Shown piece after piece: positions 61,356 to 64,000 of a stretch of DNA of 64,000 nt. A program made the position numbers and the translations under genes. The DNA lies in contig CP070695.1 in the NCBI GenBank assembly GCA_020353515.1, forward strand, positions 1,999,814-2,063,813. The letters run 5' to 3'. The notes beneath the pieces were generated by a model. It saw nothing but the letters and a program-made list of their open reading frames with translations, had not been told where the DNA came from and searched no databases. The number at the start of each line of letters is the position of its first letter. The first letter of the stretch is position 1. This stretch comes from Candidatus Heimdallarchaeota archaeon (GTDB taxonomy: Archaea > Asgardarchaeota > Heimdallarchaeia > Hodarchaeales > Hodarchaeaceae).

Positions 61356-62480
61356 TTACTCAGTTTTTGATTTTAATTTATTTGCCTGTTCACGGAGGAG
61401 AGCGATACGAAACGTCAGGAAGTCTAATTGGTGGCTTCCTATTGGTGCTGGAATTATGGAAGGTAGCTTTTTCAATGTATTTGCTAATATTTCATGACCT
61501 ACCAGATTTCCACCGTAACAGTCTACTCGGATCTCTTGCAAATAAACTCGATAACGCTGGGTTAATACTAAGCATGTGGAGGTGAGAAAGACAAGTATAA
61601 TCAGAATTAGAAAAATTAAAGAGAATGTGTTAAACGCAAGAATTGGTAAATCATTTAAAATCAGAATTAAGGCATTTAACACAATAAAAATTCGGAAAGT
61701 TCGAAGAATTCCTTCTGTGCCTAAAATTAGATACGCAGTTCGAATATGATGTCTTGCTAGATGTCCTTCTTCGTGACTTAATACAGCTATAAGCTCCTCA
61801 TCGGTCAGCTTCCAATTAAAATATTGCGAGATCAAACAAATATTCTTCTTCCACCCAAGGGTCATGACCCCTGCAGAAAGAAACAACGATGCAAGTTCAA
61901 CATCAGCGAAACGAAATTCGTTAATTAAGTGATTATTTGGATGGTTTTGTCTAACATGATTAACAATTTCAGTGCTGACTGGTGTTTGAGCAGTTGCCAA
62001 TAATTTTCTTTTAGAATTGAGTGATAAGATAATGAACATACCTTGATACCCTAATGAAATGATTAATGCCAATCCTAGATATTGCCATTGAGGTAAATCA
62101 ATGATTGTAGATCCAAAAAATATCGCGAGTAGAATTCCAAGAAAAACAACAGAATAAACCTGGGTTATTAAATGTATAATAACCTCTCTCCAAGAAGGTT
62201 GGAAATGGACATGGGCCACTTCAATTGCATGTGATCGGAGCTCTGTATAAGACTTGTAGAAAAATAAGAGCATAGTGAGAAATAAACCAAGAGATATCAC
62301 TGTTAAACTTATGTAGAAAAGTAAATCGTTGTTTATCAGGTATCCTAAGCCAATAACTAAGAGTCCAAAGACTAAAGGGTAAAATAATGCATATATTGCC
62401 AGGAGAAGGAAGTCACTTACTGGAAGGGGTACACCTCTCTTGGTATACTGTTCTACATCCATAAAATCTCGAGGATACAA
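61356..62480 (-). CDS. M48-family membrane zinc metalloprotease
   Basis: Multi-TM; EELIAVLSHEEGH (HExxH) and QEIRVD third ligand. Confidence 0.8.
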   Translation of the reverse strand: MYPRDFMDVEQYTKRGVPLPVSDFLLLAIYALFYPLVFGLLVIGLGYLINNDLLFYISLTVISLGLFLTMLLFFYKSYTELRSHAIEVAHVHFQPSWREVIIHLITQVYSVVFLGILLAIFFGSTIIDLPQWQYLGLALIISLGYQGMFIILSLNSKRKLLATAQTPVSTEIVNHVRQNHPNNHLINEFRFADVELASLFLSAGVMTLGWKKNICLISQYFNWKLTDEELIAVLSHEEGHLARHHIRTAYLILGTEGILRTFRIFIVLNALILILNDLPILAFNTFSLIFLILIILVFLTSTCLVLTQRYRVYLQEIRVDCYGGNLVGHEILANTLKKLPSIIPAPIGSHQLDFLTFRIALLREQANKLKSKTE

Positions 62481-62633
62481 TCAGAAGTTTCATTTTAAAA
62501 TGACCTACTCCTTTAATCTTTTTAAGTTCAACTTATCTTCTCTACTAATTAACAGAATTCTGATAATATTTTAATAGGGAAAATTTCGATTTAGAATAAT
62601 AAGCAAAGGTTAACTCAAGGAGATAACCTCATA

Positions 62634-63920
62634 GTGAAATTAGGCTCAATGCAACCCCCAAAAGAATATAAATTCCTCCAGGAGCAAATTTTTGAGTTTT
62701 GGCCATTTAATAAGTTTAAATCTCCAATGAACGTCTTTTTACTACTGATTCTATATGTTATTTGGGGTATGACGCTTTTTCTCTATTATGACATTCCTAT
62801 ATACTATTTTATTGCGGGTTTTTGTGGAGTATTTGGCCTTTTTTTATGGACTATTGGAATCTTCAGTTATGCAGATAATTTAAGGAGTGTACAAGTTGAG
62901 AGAATTAATGCTGCTAATAAAAAATTCCTAACAGAGTTTCTCGAAAATTTATTTCATCCTTCCTCTTTAGTCGTAAGCGTTCTGGTATTTTCAGTTGTTA
63001 TTACCTATTATTTTTCCTCTACTACATTTGGTGTTGAGAGTCTTCTTGTGAAAATTCAACAAGATATGAATCTCAATACATTACCTCCGATATTTCTGCT
63101 GTACATATTTTTACTTACATTTGATCTCTGTTATAGATTAGGGTTGTCTCTTTATGTGATCTTGACACAAATTCGTAGGAATGTCCGATTAGCTGGGTAT
63201 TTAAAATCTCCTCTTTTAAGGACTTCTTTCTCCCCTGTTGATATTGCTAACCTTGAAAAAATGGATTATTATAATTACATGGCAATATGCAGTAGTTTTA
63301 CTCTCCTTCCTCTCGGAATTATTGATTTATTCTTGTTATATGCCCTTATTCTATTTATTGTGGTGACTTTTTCTCTTATGTTGGTTAATATTGTTCACTT
63401 ACGAATTTTATATACTCGATCTTTCCCACAAGGGTTGTTGTCCTTGCTACGTTCAGCAAAATTGGCAAGAGTGGCTACAATTTCTACTAATAGATTTCCT
63501 CATGTTGTTCCAACATTATTCGTCTTCGATGGTCGAAGTATTTTCATAGCAACTTCTATTATCAGTCAAAAAGTTAAAAACCTAAAACATAATGCTAATA
63601 TTGCAATATTTATCGATTCACAGCCAGATGGAGATTTAACAAAGGGGACTGGTGTCTTAGTTGCTGGTCATGCGAAAATTTATGGATATAACATGTGGAT
63701 GGGGATTATTTACTATCTAGTAAGAGGATTTAGGATGGTACGACTTCTTATGTTATTTAGACGAAAATATCCTCATTACATCTCTCATTATCTAAAAGGA
63801 CAGAGAGATCTCCCGCGAGCATGGCAAGTGTATCCAATTATCAGTAGAGCAATAGTTGAAATCATTCCTGATCAACTGTACTTCTGGAAAGCTTCACGGC
63901 CTACTTTAGTTAAATTCTAA
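62634..63920 (+). CDS. Multi-TM protein fused to a pyridoxamine-5'-phosphate oxidase-like (split-barrel) domain
   Basis: About 6 TMs, then ARVAT...PHVVP..F...K..N...N..IA..ID...GV...G.A. Confidence 0.7.
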   Translation: MKLGSMQPPKEYKFLQEQIFEFWPFNKFKSPMNVFLLLILYVIWGMTLFLYYDIPIYYFIAGFCGVFGLFLWTIGIFSYADNLRSVQVERINAANKKFLTEFLENLFHPSSLVVSVLVFSVVITYYFSSTTFGVESLLVKIQQDMNLNTLPPIFLLYIFLLTFDLCYRLGLSLYVILTQIRRNVRLAGYLKSPLLRTSFSPVDIANLEKMDYYNYMAICSSFTLLPLGIIDLFLLYALILFIVVTFSLMLVNIVHLRILYTRSFPQGLLSLLRSAKLARVATISTNRFPHVVPTLFVFDGRSIFIATSIISQKVKNLKHNANIAIFIDSQPDGDLTKGTGVLVAGHAKIYGYNMWMGIIYYLVRGFRMVRLLMLFRRKYPHYISHYLKGQRDLPRAWQVYPIISRAIVEIIPDQLYFWKASRPTLVKF

Positions 63921-64000
63921 GTTGTGGTAACTTTGAAAGTAACATGTGAATTAAATGGTCATGTTTGTGAATTACCTGAATTCTTAACTGAATTCTTCAT

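Noticed and set aside
2695-61585. Many short ORF-track entries overlapping larger genes (e.g. 2695-3012, 5304-5549, 10277-10594, 12124-12615, 31079-31531, 53881-54324, 57567-58100)
   Set aside because: Antisense or alternate-frame shadows of well-supported genes, with no recognisable motifs
1-64000. CRISPR array, rRNA, tRNA, transposase, integrase, reverse transcriptase/DGR
   Set aside because: No regularly spaced repeats, cloverleaf, rRNA-like GC-rich tract or mobile-element motifs seen by eye
63945-64000. Repeated TGAATT hexamers at the window end
   Set aside because: Irregular spacing and truncated by the window edge

Overview
AT-rich, gene-dense archaeal chromosomal window, most consistent with an Asgard archaeon (Heimdallarchaeia/Hodarchaeales-like). 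This is inferred from two longin-domain proteins (one 7TM-fused), a geranylgeranyl reductase, an AbrB-PhoU regulator, expanded ArsR-like wHTH proteins, and LVIVD and NosD-type surface proteins. I found about 55 intact CDSs of mixed housekeeping and accessory function (rpiA, PHP histidinol phosphatase, nucleoside phosphorylases, AKRs, ABC/MFS/CDF/DMT transporters, GH2, DUF3604, phosphoesterases, M19/M48 peptidases). I saw no rRNA, tRNA, CRISPR array, integrase or transposase. Main signals not captured by the ORF track: (1) a cryptic proteasome-beta-like Ntn-hydrolase whose N-terminal Thr region lies upstream of the called ORF and lacks a canonical start codon; (2) longin/roadblock and 7TM-longin proteins; (3) an ArsR-wHTH fused to a B-box-like double zinc finger; (4) a 7TM protein plus RHH protein downstream of a repeat-rich operator; (5) two apparent pseudo-enzymes (a degenerate phosphoesterase domain and a CPBP protease lacking its catalytic residues); (6) several deletion, frameshift or nonsense gene remnants; (7) a 26-bp near-palindrome centred on a TATA box; (8) a candidate C/D-box sRNA and two unannotated small ORFs. 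All family calls are by motif recognition only; no database searches were run.
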